Assembly: GCF_964194155.1 (NCBI RefSeq)
Contig: NC_135884.1
Location: forward strand, 55,304,001 to 55,368,000
DNA length: 64,000 nucleotides
Direction: 5' to 3'
Source of the DNA: Cetorhinus maximus
Lineage: Eukaryota
Position numbers and translations under genes: made by a program. The first letter of the stretch is position 1; each line of letters opens with the position of its first letter. The notes beneath the pieces were generated by a model, which had not been told where the DNA came from, made no database searches, and was given only the letters and a program-made list of their open reading frames with translations. Shown piece after piece: positions 51,036 to 63,559 of the stretch.

Positions 51036-51805
51036 TCTGTGTTTTCTGCTGCTGACCACAAGCTGTAACCTGAAACCCCCAATTATTTTCTGTTTGTCTT
51101 TTTTTTTAACCTAACGTTCATCCCCATAGCAACCTCAGCTAGAGCTTAACATCTCAGAAATTATGTTATGGCCAGGAATTCCAATGATACCTTTCACCCT
51201 CTTTCCAGAATTTTCTTCAGCTTCACTTTGGCTTAAAGGGGTATCTCATGCATACAATCTTTTTTAAAAGTGCAGAGTTTGTTACAGCATTACCAACAGG
51301 TCCCTCAGCCTTGTCCATTCCATTCTCAACTTAAAAAAAAAATAGTTTGCTCCTGAAGAGAGGAATAGAGGCAGATTTAATCCAGTCCATGGGAGTGGGC
51401 TGCGGGGTGGGGAGCATAATATTGGGAGGAAAAGTTGAGGGGGGAGTACCCATCACCTTCTTGACTCCCTGCAATTCAGTCAGGGGCATGCAAGGTCGAG
51501 GATTGCTTTCCCACCCAGAGGCCAATTGAGGCCTTTGAGTAGCCAATTAAGGGCCAATTAAGGGCCTCAACCTCCTGCTCCTGACATTCTACCAGCAGTG
51601 TGGGTGGCCCTACGCCACATGAGGAGGTTGCCCAGTAAATGTTGGCAGCCTCCTTGTGGGGTCAGTGATGGGAAGCTCTCCTGATCAGACACCCTGGCAC
51701 AAGAAGGGCCACCCAGCAGCAAGGGTTGCCCTTGCTGAACACCCACCCCCACTCCACACCCACCCCTCCCCCCGCCCCATATTTAGCTGTGTTCGGGTCC
51801 TCTAG

Positions 51806-51960
51806 GGCTTGAGCACAAACATTAAGGCTGACACTCAATGCAGTATTGAGGGAGAATTGCACTGTTGGAGGGGATGTCTTTTAGATGAGATGTTAAACTG
51901 TGGTATCATCTGCCTGCACAGGTAGATGTAAAAGGGCCCATGGCATTATTTTGAAGAAAA
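51806..51960 (+). mobile_element. Deu-domain SINE fragment
   Basis: aggctgacactcaatgcagtattgagggag..tgcactgttggagg...gatgagatgttaaac...cccatggcatt; homologous to 41620-42015 in opposite orientation. Confidence 0.75.
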
Positions 51961-51962
51961 AT

Positions 51963-52640
51963 AATATTCAGTCCGGAAGGCTGTAAAGTGCCTAGTCGGA
52001 AGATGAGGTGCTGTTCCTCCAGTTTGCATTGAGCTTCACTGGAACAATGCAGCAGGCCAAGTGAAGCTCAACGCAAACTGGAGGAACAGCACCTCATCTT
52101 CCGACTAGGCACTTTACAGCCTTCCGGACTGAATATTGTGTTCAACAATTTTAGATCATGAACTCTCTCCTCCATCCCCACCCCCTTTCCGATCCCCCTT
52201 TTTTTCCCCCAATAATTTATATAGATTTTTCTTTTCCCACCCATTTCCATTATTTTTAAATGTATTTCCATCCATTGTTTTATCTCTACCTTTTAGCTTA
52301 TTTCGATCCCTTCCCTTCACCCCATCCCCACTAGGGCTATCTGTACCTTGCTTGTCCTGCTTTCTACCCTTAATTAGCACATTCCTTAGATAATATCACC
52401 ACCTTCAACACCTCTTTGTCCTTTTGTCTATGACATCTTTTGGCTATCTCCACCTATCACTGGCCCTCTATCCAGCTCTACCTGTCCCACCCCCCCTCCC
52501 TTAAACCAGCTTATATTTCACCTCTTTTCTATTTTTACTTAGTTCTGTTGAAGAGTCATATGGACTTGAAACGTTAACTGTGTTCCTCTCCGCAGATGCT
52601 GCCAGACCTGCTGAGTTTTTCCAGGTATTTTTATTTTTGT
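51963..52640 (+). mobile_element. Penelope-like 3' end with inverted 5' duplication
   Basis: RKLEEQHLIFRLGTLQPSGLNI (GIY-YIG C-terminus), pyrimidine-rich UTR, hammerhead motif; 78-bp inverted arms 51963-52040 and 52060-52137. Confidence 0.88.
52541..52579 (+). ncRNA. Minimal type I hammerhead-like motif
   Basis: agtt-ctgttga-ag-agtc-atatg-gact-t-gaaac-gtt-aact: stem I agtt/aact, stem II agtc/gact, palindromic AACGUU stem III; the core reads CUGUUGA instead of CUGANGA. Confidence 0.6.
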
Positions 52641-53250
52641 TGAAGAATTCCTGATGTTGTTCTCAACATTTTCTTGGAGTTGTCTGGCAACAAAGACCAT
52701 GTCAGACCTTCTTCTGGATGGTCTAAAGCCACACTGTGTCTCTGGGAGAATTTCCTTGGCCACAGCAAGTAGGCAATTCAGAAGAACGGGTTATCAGGAT
52801 TTTCCCTGCAATGGACAAGGGGGAAATACCTTGATATTATCCACAGCGTGATTTATATCCTTTCTTGAAGATAGCTACAACTGAGGCATTCCTGAAGTTA
52901 GGGTAGATAAGTTGTGGGGGGGTGAGGGGGTGGTGCTGTGGGTACGGAGAAAGAGTTATTTTTCCCCCATCCCAGATCCATAGGATGAGAGCATGGAGTC
53001 TTGATATAAGCAAAAGCCCACCAGCTTTGAATACCTCAGCTGGAATACCAACGGGACCGCAGGCTTTATTGTTTTTGATCTATTTGATTTCTTGTTGTAG
53101 CTCTCCCATTGACGGTCATTCACCAATGGATTCTACCAAATGGCACTGGGGTTAGCCTGGAGCATATCAGCTTCCACTGCGGGTTCACTGTTGAGGAGTT
53201 GTTCAAAATGTTCTTTCCAGCCTTAAGAAGGGAAACACCATCCTGTGATG
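52640..53250 (-). mobile_element. RTE-clade LINE RT fragment
   Basis: KACGPVGIPAEVFK and AKEILPETQCGFRPSRRRSDMVFVARQLQE motifs. Confidence 0.85.
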
Positions 53251-53289
53251 AAAGATGATTTTGTCCATTTGATATAAGCAGCTATACAG

Positions 53290-55030
53290 CAAAATCATGA
53301 GAGGCTAACACAAGTTCAAACTAGCCCACGCTACATAAAGGCAGCCTGCACCTTTTAAAGGGGAGCTATTGGAAGTCATTCTAAACGTCAGTTTGACCTG
53401 GAAAAGGCACAAGAATGGCACAACACAAGAAAGAGTGGGCTCCAAGGTTCCCTAATGCAGCACCTGAGCACTTGCGTAGGTAGAGAGCTCTTCTAACGAC
53501 AGGGAGCTGGGTGGACCTCCAGCTCAAACACAATGGGAGCAGACAGCCATGTGGGACATTGCCAGCAATGTAGTTCAAAGAGCCTGAGTTCAGTGCTGCA
53601 AGAAGTTAACTGACCTCAGGAGTGGTGAAAGTCAGTAAGTGCATCTTCAAACGCCGTATCCCACCAACTGCACCACTAGCCTCACATACTGCTGACAGCA
53701 CCAGAACCCCATCACTTATTCACCAACAATCGCTATTCATCATGACTCATACCTCACATTCATAGCTTCACCCCATCCACATATAATTAACACTGGTGCA
53801 AGCCTCACACCCACATCTCACAGCTTGCAGACTCTGCCAGCTATTCAACCATGACAGGCACATTACCCAGGCACATTGCACCACAATCATTGACACATTT
53901 CCCTCTCTCCTACAGGACAAGGTGGTGCATGGCCAAATGTAACAGCAGCTAACCAATGGGAGACAGGCACAGTTGCATGTCCTCACCCCTTACAGAGCAG
54001 ACAATGCTTCCAATCACTGGAGCAGCCATGGCCATTAACAGGCTGATAGCTTTGAAGATGACAGTTTACACATCTCTAACCTTCTTTCTCACATCTCACT
54101 TCCACCTTTTCACACAAACTCTTCTGATTTACAAACTGCAGATGGTCTAAGCATGCATCTCTTGCTTTCCACCACCCCCCCCTCCCCCCGCACCTGCTCC
54201 TTTCACCACAAACCTATCCTTATGCCTCTCTCATTTAAAATACTGAAGACTTACAAGCTGGCTGGGCAGTGGTGGTGGAACGTAAAATGCTAGAGGAAGA
54301 AGAAACTAATGGTTTCACTCAGGTCACTCGATCTCACACACACACACACACACACACACGAACACGCACACACACATGAGCGCACACAAACACACACGAG
54401 CACACACACACATGAGCACACACACAATACACTCACATGCCCCTACTAGCTCAGATACTGGTATTGCACATACTTTAGAGGGTAACATAGCAGCAGGCTT
54501 TGTACATGGTGAGTAAATGGGCATGAATGATCTGTAGCCAAGGCAGGAGAAAGGGTAACACAGGGGCCAACTTGGCGAAGGCTGAGGTCGCACCTGAGTT
54601 CTGTTGCAGAGGACCCGGGGAGGAATTTGGTGGGACAGCATAAAGGAAAAGATTGATGGCGATACATAGTAAATGTTTGTCTTATTTGCTGGCCTGCTAG
54701 AATGCCTGCGGTCACTGTCAAGGAACATATCCAACATCAACCTTGCACATGACTTCACTCAAGCTTGGAACTAATTCTTTCCAGCATGGAAGTGGTGGCC
54801 AATTCAAGCAGTGCATACTTGTGGATCCAATCATGATGCAACTCAGAAGGCAAAAAACAGTAAAAACTGGGAAATAAGAGTACTGTTCCGAATTATCTGC
54901 TTCCATTGCGAAATAAGCCAAAGCCACCAAATGTCTGAATGCTGCAGTGAAAGATCTGACTGAAGTCAAGCAAGTTCAGCTTGCACCATCATGGCTATAT
55001 GTACCAGTATTCAAAAGGTCTTGCAGGATC
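53290..55030 (+). mobile_element. Decayed Harbinger Myb-gene region
   Basis: atggcaacacacaag..gctccaaggttccctaatgcagc start, cagtgctgcaagaagtt, spliced exon remnants; similar to 14370 and 58990. Confidence 0.65.
54335..54437. repeat. Imperfect (CA)n microsatellite
   Basis: Directly visible. Confidence 0.95.
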
Positions 55031-55229
55031 TCACAGCTTTTTAGAAATATTGTTAGGGATTGCTGAGGCACTGGCCTGGGGGAACAACAGTGACAATATG
55101 GGGTACAAACCTGTCCTCTCTGGATGACTATATTTGTTCTCCTACTATTACCATTCTGCCAGTGCCCTTTCTGGTGCCTGTCAGCCAGCCCGCACAGGCT
55201 GCTGTCGTAGGGGCTGAGGTGGTGCAGAT

Positions 55230-55950
55230 TGTTGCTAACATCTGCAGCCTACTGGTACAAGACCTCCTTTCCAGTGGACCAGGTCAACATGCATTTCCAA
55301 TGGTCGCCAAAGACCACCCATCCACCATCCCTAATGGTTCTCTGCCTCTCTCCAAGGTTGTTTGCTTTCTTCTCCTGCAAGGGGAGAAAGCAGAGAATTG
55401 TAAGCGTCCATCGTGACTTGTGTGGATAGGAGGGAAGGACAACATTTGTGGAGGTTTACTGTGTAGCATGGGTGTGGGGGTCAAGAGGATGAGGGTGAGT
55501 GGAGTGTGGGCTGTTCAGATGGGGATGTGTGGAATGAGTGGAGCTGGGAGATCTGATGTCCTGAGGAATGTCGTGAAGGACGATGCGAAGCAAGTCAGAA
55601 TTTGGGGTTTGGCTACTGAAAATATTACACCATTCACCTTTCCCATCGTCCTGAGGTCATGGATCCGGTTGGTGCACTGTCTTCAGGTTAGAAGGAGCGC
55701 ACTTCTGCTGCTGACTTCCTCGGCCACTTGCGTGCATGCCTGCTTGGTTGGAAAAGTTGTCCTCTTCCTCCCATCCTTGGGACATGGCTCACTGCAGTCT
55801 CTGTAAGAATGAGAGGCCTGAGAAGCAGTCTTCTGTGATTCCCTATCCATTCCTGAGTTGCTGTAGCTTCTAAAAATCCATGTCCAGATGAGCCATCACA
55901 ACCATTGGTGATCTCTTTAATTAGAAATCCAATCTAATCAAGCGCATCAC
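55230..55950 (-). mobile_element. Harbinger Myb-gene fragment, different subfamily
   Basis: Reverse strand reads ..QVAEEVSSRSA.....QCTNRIHDLRTMGK followed by a gtgaat donor. Confidence 0.6.
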
Positions 55951-55999
55951 CCTGCCCATGCTCTCAGATTGATCAGAGAACCCAGGAATGTCGGCATCA

Positions 56000-57215
56000 G
56001 GCATCATGGCAGGCATGAGTGGACAATGTGGCAGAAAGGACAAAAATAATTTTCATGCTGTTGTGAAACCAGTTTATGATTGTCCACGCTGCTGGTCAAT
56101 GGAAGGCTGTGCTTTCTGCTGCCGGACATCGAGAGCTTCATTTTAATACATCTGCACATCATTATAAGCCCAGCTCATCTGAATCATTCCCCCATGCTGG
56201 ATCATCCGAGCATGTTGGTGTGATTGCACACCGACGTGTCTCACACATAAGTGATATGCACCTGGTGAGCTGCACTTCACGCGGGACTTCGAGGTTTGTT
56301 TGCCTACCTTGCTTCAGGCAGCACTTGCGCTCATCAGCACCAGGCTTCACAGGCAGCACCACATCACTTTTAGGGGAGCTTACGAGCAGGTCTCTACTGA
56401 TGAGACCAGCCGTAAGGCGGGGATGGCTTTTCAACAGCTGCAGGGCTACGGCTTGCTTGGGGAAGGGGGAGAAGTGGCCTCAGGCGAGGCCAGTACTGTG
56501 GGAAGGAGGTATCTCCGGGTGTGTATGGGGACACGTCGATCTGTGCAAGTGGCCGCAAAAGGGTGAGGGCTGAGGAGGCAATCTCCAGAGGAGATGAGGC
56601 CAGATAGAGATGTGAGGGCATGTGTGAGAGTCAGTTCTGATGTCCTTGAGCTGGCAATGAGTGAACTGCCAGTGAATGTATGATGGGCTTGTGAGTGTGT
56701 GAGTTTAGAGTGATGAGATGGTTGCTTTGCCCTGGTGGCACGGGTGAGATCATTCATCCTCTTACTGCATTCGATAGTCAACCTCTTCTGTGCACCGTCG
56801 GCACGTTGGCACTGACCACCTCCAACACCTCCTCCCAAGCCAGAGTAGCGATACTGATAGGCCTCCTACGGCCAGAGTGGAGGTAGAGGATATTGCAGCG
56901 AGCTCCAACGGTGTCCAGAAGGTGTCCCAGGGATGCGTCATTGAATCGGGGGGCTGCAGTCTTCTCGCCTTCCGGGGCCATGTCTTCTGTGCAACAGTCC
57001 TGGTCTAGAAACACTGAGAGGTGTGCATGTGGCTGCACTTTAGATATGGCGCCGGCATGAGGAAGCTGCGAGCTTCGGCAAGCGAATTGGAGGTCACCCA
57101 CCTGCGAAACAGTGTGTTTCCCAGGAATGCATGATTAATGAGGCGGGACTGGGATGATATGGCGTGAAAGCCTCCCATTCCGGCCAGCATGTATAACGTC
57201 CTTTTTCCCGACCGT
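56000..57215 (-). mobile_element. Internally deleted Harbinger copy, same subfamily as 10254-14056
   Basis: MAPEGEKTAAPRFNDASLGHLLDTV...AWEEVLEVVSAN / QKRLTIECSKRMNDL; both subterminal regions match the 10254-14056 ends in reverse. Confidence 0.8.
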
Positions 57216-57332
57216 CCCGTCCGATGTTCAGTTAAAGAACCAGAGCAAAGCCCAATGAAGTGTCAATGAGTTCCCGCACCCACTAATGGTCCCACCAATT
57301 CAGCAGGGATTAAGTTGAGAAAATTCCACCCA

Positions 57333-57470
57333 ATGTTTCAAGTTGATGACACTCTATCAGAACTGGCATCTAGTTCTGATGAAGGGTTGTTGACCCAAAA
57401 TATTAGTTCTGTTTTTCTCTCCACAGATGCTGCCAGACCTCTTGAGCATTTCCACAATTTTATTTTAGTT
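57333..57470. mobile_element. Short Penelope-derived element with two inverted hammerhead remnants
   Basis: atgtttcaagttgatgacactctatcagaact (minus copy) then agttctgatgaagggttgttgaccc (plus copy) and the ctctccacagatgctgccagacc tail. Confidence 0.65.
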
Positions 57471-58759
57471 TGTATTTATGTTGGTACACTATTGGGTACT
57501 AAACTCTTAAGTGACCATTCATAAAATGTAGCAGTTGTCATGGTTTAGACACTCCAGAGATTGCACACATGCACCCAACCCTGGTGGTCTAGTGGGAATT
57601 GATGTGTTTATTTCCTGGAAGACAAGCATCAAACATAAATACAGATTTACTGATGGTCACGTCAAAAGATGGCAGGCATAATAATCCATCTTGTTCTTAA
57701 CTGTCTCTAGCTCTGAAAGGAACTGCATCTTACAGATGTAGATAACGAAAACTACATAAAAACCTCATTATAAACCTGGACCAATACTGGGTGGCTTGGG
57801 GGTGGGGGGGCAAGGTGGGGGGTTAATAGATATTAGTACTGCTACCAACAAAACAAATAAATTGAAAAGTTAGGCTAAGGTCACATAAACTGAACCAACT
57901 GAGAACTCAAGTTAATATTTATAAGGCTGCAAATGCCTTGTGTGTGATTGACAGATTGTTACTGAATACATCAATAGCAAGATAACTCATCTTTCCTGTC
58001 AAAAGTTATGGAATCTGTGGTACTATATCCTAACATTTACGATATAAAAATCTGAATCATCAGTAACGTTCAAAATTAATAACTTTCAAATAATTTTTCA
58101 CGGTGCAATACAAACATTTTTGACATCTAACAGTACACTCATCAGGCCTACTGAATATGAAAATCTTGTTACATTGGCTAAGTATCATCACAGCCTGAGG
58201 GTACATTAAAGACAACGTGATTGCAATTTTTTAGCAAATATTAAAGATGTATCACTTAATTTTCTTAATTGCTGAAATAAGATTAAGCATCAAAGGTATA
58301 ACTACGAGTATCAGTTAAATATTCAAGACATTTGCCAACATGATAGCCACGCTTTTTCAAAATGAATTCACTCTACAATGTTGAGATGTTTTGACTTGAA
58401 AAAATACTCCATAAACATAAGAATTATCAATATTTTCATTAGTTTTCATTGCACTGAGTGAACTCTTGTTGCCCTCTTTGATTATGCAGTTTACATCTAC
58501 AGTGGTATTCTAAACAATGTAGCTCACTGTTTTAAAAGGGGAGAAGATTAAGGCAAAGCTGGAGAAAAAAAGTGTGGAGCCATGGACAAAGAGGAGTATC
58601 ACCAAGGGAAAGAAATGCCTTTGTACATTATGGGTACAATGAGCACTTCTCATCCTGAGTGAGACAGACTCTCTCCTATAAGCCCTTGCAGTATATTTAT
58701 GTTTTAAAACCAACTGACCTTAAGTATTTGTTAGAAAGGAAAATAATTATTTAGGGGAC

Positions 58760-60660
58760 TAAGTTTGATAATCCCCAAAAACAGGCACAGGATTTCAATG
58801 GAATATTAGTCCTCATCCATGCATTTCAATGCAGGCAGTTGATTATCTGAATGCTTGAACAAGGAGCCAATATTATGAGTGGCTACCATTACTTAAAGCT
58901 TGTCTGCACTTAATAAAGGGAAGGTGCCTTGTGGCTGAAGCAGGTGCTGGGGGTCATGCAGGAAGTGACTCTGACCTGGGGAACATTGAAGAATGGTACA
59001 ACATGGGAGGGTGCAGGCTCCAAGGTTATTGAATGCTGCACTGAAGACCTTGGTGGAAATGGGGTGATATGTCCTCTATCAGCAGGGGGCCAAGAGGCCC
59101 ACCAGACACATGCTCAGAAGGCACTGCGAGCAGCTAGCCATGGAGATCAACACCAGGAGGCAAACTCCAAGAACCTGGATGCAGTGCTGCAAGGGTTTTA
59201 ATGGCTTGACACGTCTGTAAATTCACATTCAAATGCTTTATCCTGCACGGCTAGCCTCAGACACTGCTCAATTTACCACGCTACCATCACTCACCTACTA
59301 ACAATCAGCCGCTAGCAATCAGGACTCCTACCAAACATTTATGTGCCCCATGAACCCTCATGCACCTTGTACTGCTGCAAGCCTCATAGCCGTATCTCAC
59401 AGCTTGCACACACTTCCAGCTATTCCACCATGACAGCCACATCACACAAACAGACTGCAGGTGATGTACAACTAGAGATAGCAGGGGCTAACCAGATAGT
59501 GAAAGGTGTACCTGCATGTTCTAACAGCAATGGGGGAGATACTGCTGGCTATTATTGGAACCCTCATTGTTGACGCCATGGCCAGCAGCAAGGCTGAAAC
59601 CAAGGCTGAATTTTGCCCTCGGATGGCATGTGGGCCCCATTGGCTCAGCGGCGGGCGGACAGCCGACCCCCACCACCGAAACAGGGCCCACCACCATTTT
59701 GAGTGGGCGGGCCAATTAAGGCCCGCCCAGCGGCCTGTCCGACAGGAAGCGCAATGCACTTCCTGTGCGGGGAGGGGAGGGATTACCCATCTGTCAAAGT
59801 GTGCTCTTTTGCGCATGCGCTTGAAAGGACGCACTGCTACCTGAGGCAAAGTGCTGTCTCAGGAGTTTCGTGACAGGTAAGTAAAGTCTAAAAATGGATA
59901 AATATTGAAATTTGTAACATGTCCCCCCATGTGACAATGTCACACAAGATGGGACATGTTAATAATAAACACATAAAATTTATTAAATGTTTAAAAAACG
60001 GACATGAAACTTCATCCCGCCAGTGGATGAAGTTTCATGAATAATCCGAAGCCCACTGGGGCTCCTGGCCTGCCTGCCAGCCTTAAACTTGGACAGGCAG
60101 GTCTTTAATTTTCTTAATTAGCCTGGCAATGGCCTCAATTGGCCATTGACAGGTCGGCGGGTGGATGGCTGATTTCGCTGTCTGCCCGCCTTCCTAAAAA
60201 TTTAAAGGGACTGGGATGATGTCGGGGATTCCTCCCCACGTCATCCCGCGTCATTTTCCTCTCGGCGAGTGGGCCCCGCTCCCAAATCGTCGAAGGGAAA
60301 ATCCTGGCCCATAAAAATGACAGTACCTTTGTACATAATCCTCTCACCTCCCACACTCTTCTGGTTTACAATTTGTAGGTGGTGTAAACATACACCTCTT
60401 ATTTTCCCCCCTCCTCACTTATGTCTTTTTCCTTTCAGATACCCAAGAATTGCAGCCTGAGAAGGTGGTGGAGGCACAGTAAAACACAGTCAGGCAGTGA
60501 TTTCACTGTGGCACACATCAGCTCAGATACTGACACTGTATGTAATTTAAAGGATAACATGGAGATGGGATCTGCACCTGGTGAGACAGCTGGCATAACT
60601 AAGCTTCAACCACGGCAAGGGGACATGGATGGCCAGCTGACTGGAGGTGTAGTCTGTAGC
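58760..60660 (+). mobile_element. Decayed Harbinger Myb-gene region with nested MITE
   Basis: atggtacaacatgggagg..gctccaaggtt, tggatgcagtgctgcaag..tttaat; host rejoins across MITE copy 4. Confidence 0.65.
59603..60309 (+). mobile_element. Family A MITE copy 4 (diverged)
   Basis: aggctgaattttgcc ... gggaaaatcctggcc; same internal palindromes as the other copies. Confidence 0.9.
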
Positions 60661-60739
60661 TGGGCTTTCTGAGCCCAGAGCTGCTCAGGGTGATTCTCTA
60701 AGGTTTATATGTTGTCTCCACCATCAAAAGCTAGTAGGG

Positions 60740-60885
60740 GAAGGCAATGGCATAGTAGTATTGTTGCTGGACTAGTAATCCAAAAACCCAGGGTTTAAAT
60801 CCCACCATAGCAGAGCAGATGGTGAAGTTTGAGTTCAGTTAAAAAAAAATTGGAATTAGAAGTCTAACTACGAAACCATTGTTCG
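60740..60885 (+). mobile_element. tRNA-derived SINE fragment
   Basis: tggcatagtagta...ggactagtaatcc...ggtttaaatccc head (A/B-box-like). Confidence 0.6.
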
Positions 60886-61029
60886 GGAAGCAAGGCATGA
60901 TTCCATTTATAAATTTAGTTTGGAATGCTTATTTTATGGTGGCTTTTATCTTTGCAGTGTGAGACCAAGTGAAAACTGTGATAGTCAGTGATGTAAGGCA
61001 TTGGTGACTTGGCTTGTGTCTTTGGTACC

Positions 61030-62900
61030 ACAATCAGATGAGGCAATCATGGACAGCCTGGCTAGAAGGGGAAAATGTTGACTTCTCCAACTCACTGCTC
61101 ACCGTATGCCTCGTGGCAAAGGCCTCATGATGGCAAGATTGTGCAGGATGCGGATCACTACAAATTGTGACACGCACTCTGCATAGTACTGCAGGACTCT
61201 TCCACAGTAGTTCAGGCAGCAGGAGCATTGATTAAGTGACCCAATGGCCAGCTCAATGACATTTTCTGTGGCAGCATGTCTGTCATTATACATCTCCTGG
61301 CCAAGTGTATGTGGGTTTTGTACTGGAGCCATGAGTGGGGTGGTCAGTGGATAGCCCTTGGTGCTCAGTTGCCATCCTTGTGGTGGCTCAATTGCCGAGG
61401 GGGCGTTGGGTTGGCACAAAATAAAGTGATCATGATTGGTGCCGGTAAAGAGCTGCATGATACACTGTGCATGGCTGCACACCAGCTAGACATATGAAAA
61501 ACTGGAGCCCTTTGCAGCTATGGTACAGGTCTGAATTTAGATGCAGTGCCTGCAAAGCAACGTATGCATCAATGGCATCCTGAAGCGGGGGGAAAGTCTG
61601 CTACTCTGGTGAAGCCATGTAGATGTTCACTCTGGAAAGGGAGAAGGCAACGTATTCCCCTCTTTTTGCATACAATGTGTGACTTCCTCCCTTATACGGC
61701 AATGGATGAAGAACTATGAGATGTTGAAGATGTCATCTGTTAAGGAACTTAACTCAAAGAAATTCATGATCATGGCCACCTTCACAGGCACTGGCAGTGC
61801 CCTGGGCTTGTATTACTGGTTTCAGACTCAGATGAATTCTTCACATCCAGCCTGACCAAAAGGGGCTAAGTTGCCTCTTCCCTTCATTTCCTCTCCTCTT
61901 CCTCAGCTACTCACAGTATAGCTGGTGGCAAGGGCTGTCCTCTTGTTAAAGGTGAGGTTGTGCAACATGCAGCAGATCACAACGAATCTTGACACCCACT
62001 CTGCCAAGTACAGAAGGGTTCCGCCAGAGCTGTCCAGGTAGCAGAACCATGGTTTTAGCATGTCAACGGTCTGCTCTATTATATTTCATGTGGCAGCATG
62101 ACTTTTATTGTAAGCATGCTGCATATGCGTGTGTGGGTTGTGCACCAGAGTCGCTAACCATGTCATTGGTGGTAACTCTTTTCATCCAGTAGCCCCACTT
62201 TGGCTTGTTGAGGTGGCTGAAATTAAGCTGACATTTTGGACTGTCACAGAATGACAGCATCATGACTGCTGCCAGTATGCCAGGCATTAATCTACATAAC
62301 TCACCGCCTGTTGTCACATACGTTGAGGGAGTAGAATCTCTATCATTTCTGGGTTAGAACTGAGTTGACATGCCCTGCCTCAAGTAAAGTGCATGTAGTC
62401 AGTGGCACCCTGCACCATGGGGGAGCCTGCAATCCCAGCAAAGCCGCATGCTCACTCTGCCTGCTTGTCTCCAGCAAGAGAGAATGAAATGTAATTAGCT
62501 TTCATTGGGTAGAGAGCCAACCTGTGCTTCCATACTCAATAAAACTGAGAGATGTTGCAAATATCTCCACCACCAGCTTGGACATGCCATAGTCACCTTC
62601 ACAGCCACCTGCAATGCAGTCCTTGCCCTGCTCTGAGCTTGATGTTGTGGCTGCAGCAGGTGGCAGATTTCAGTGAGGATCTCATGAATGCAGATCAGAC
62701 ATCTCACACATGGTTCCCTACTGAGGCTCAGGCTGGAGAATTGCACTCAGAACACCCTGGATGGACATGGCTTCCTGCTGAAAGTCCTTCTCTTTCCCCT
62801 CCTCCCTCTTCCAACAGCTTGCCCTGCCTCCAGCATTCTCTGAGTCATGCTGTATTCCAAGGGAAATGCCTACTAGTACACGCATGTCTGGGAGCAACTG
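61030..62900 (-). pseudogene. Two decayed HARBI1-like transposase remnants
   Basis: GWQLSTKGYPLTTPLMAPVQNP...HAATENVIELAIGSL...ILHNLAIMR (61099-61482) and ARTALQVAVKVT (62495-62746). Confidence 0.8.
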
Positions 62901-63309
62901 GTTTTAGCAGATGCCTTTGAAGTCAGCAAAAGCCCTTTAGCACCTGTCACACTGAAAGTGTGTGTGCACACGCCAGGGTCACCATTCTGAAGTTCCAATG
63001 GCGCTGTTAGTGCCCAAAAGTCTAATTTGTTGGTTCCACTCTTTTGGATTTCAGCCAAATTTATTTCTATAAGAAAAATTGTTATTCTGAGATACAGTAT
63101 CACCTTTCAAGGTTACGTGGAGCTTTGTACCCACTGACAAAGTCCATGGAGGTTCAATCTTCTTCAATTGCTTTTTGCTTATTCAGTCTGTGTCTTCAAC
63201 ATGGTGAGGCTCACCACTGTGAGGGAGTTGATTTGTATTTTGTACTTTTGATATTTAAAGAAGCATCAAACACAGCTGGGTTAGAAGCAGCACGAGGCAT
63301 CTGTAGAAC

Positions 63310-63530
63310 ATAGAGAACCCTAAGGGATTTTCATAGAATAAGTAGGAAGAAATTATTTTCACTTGTAGGTGGATAGTTGCCAGAGGACATGGATGTAAGG
63401 TAATTAGTTAAAGGCCCAGAGAGGAGACGAGGGAAAACTTAACACAGTGAGTGATGATCTGGAATACATTAAATGAGAGGGTGGTGGAAGGAGATTTTAG
63501 AGTAATTTCAAAAGAAGTTGAGAATAGGAG
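63310..63530 (+). mobile_element. CR1 3' fragment
   Basis: ttatttTcacttgtag..ccagaggacat..tggaatacatt..gagggtggtggaagg pattern. Confidence 0.6.
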
Positions 63531-63559
63531 GTAGGGCACAGGCCTGCATGATGCTGTGC

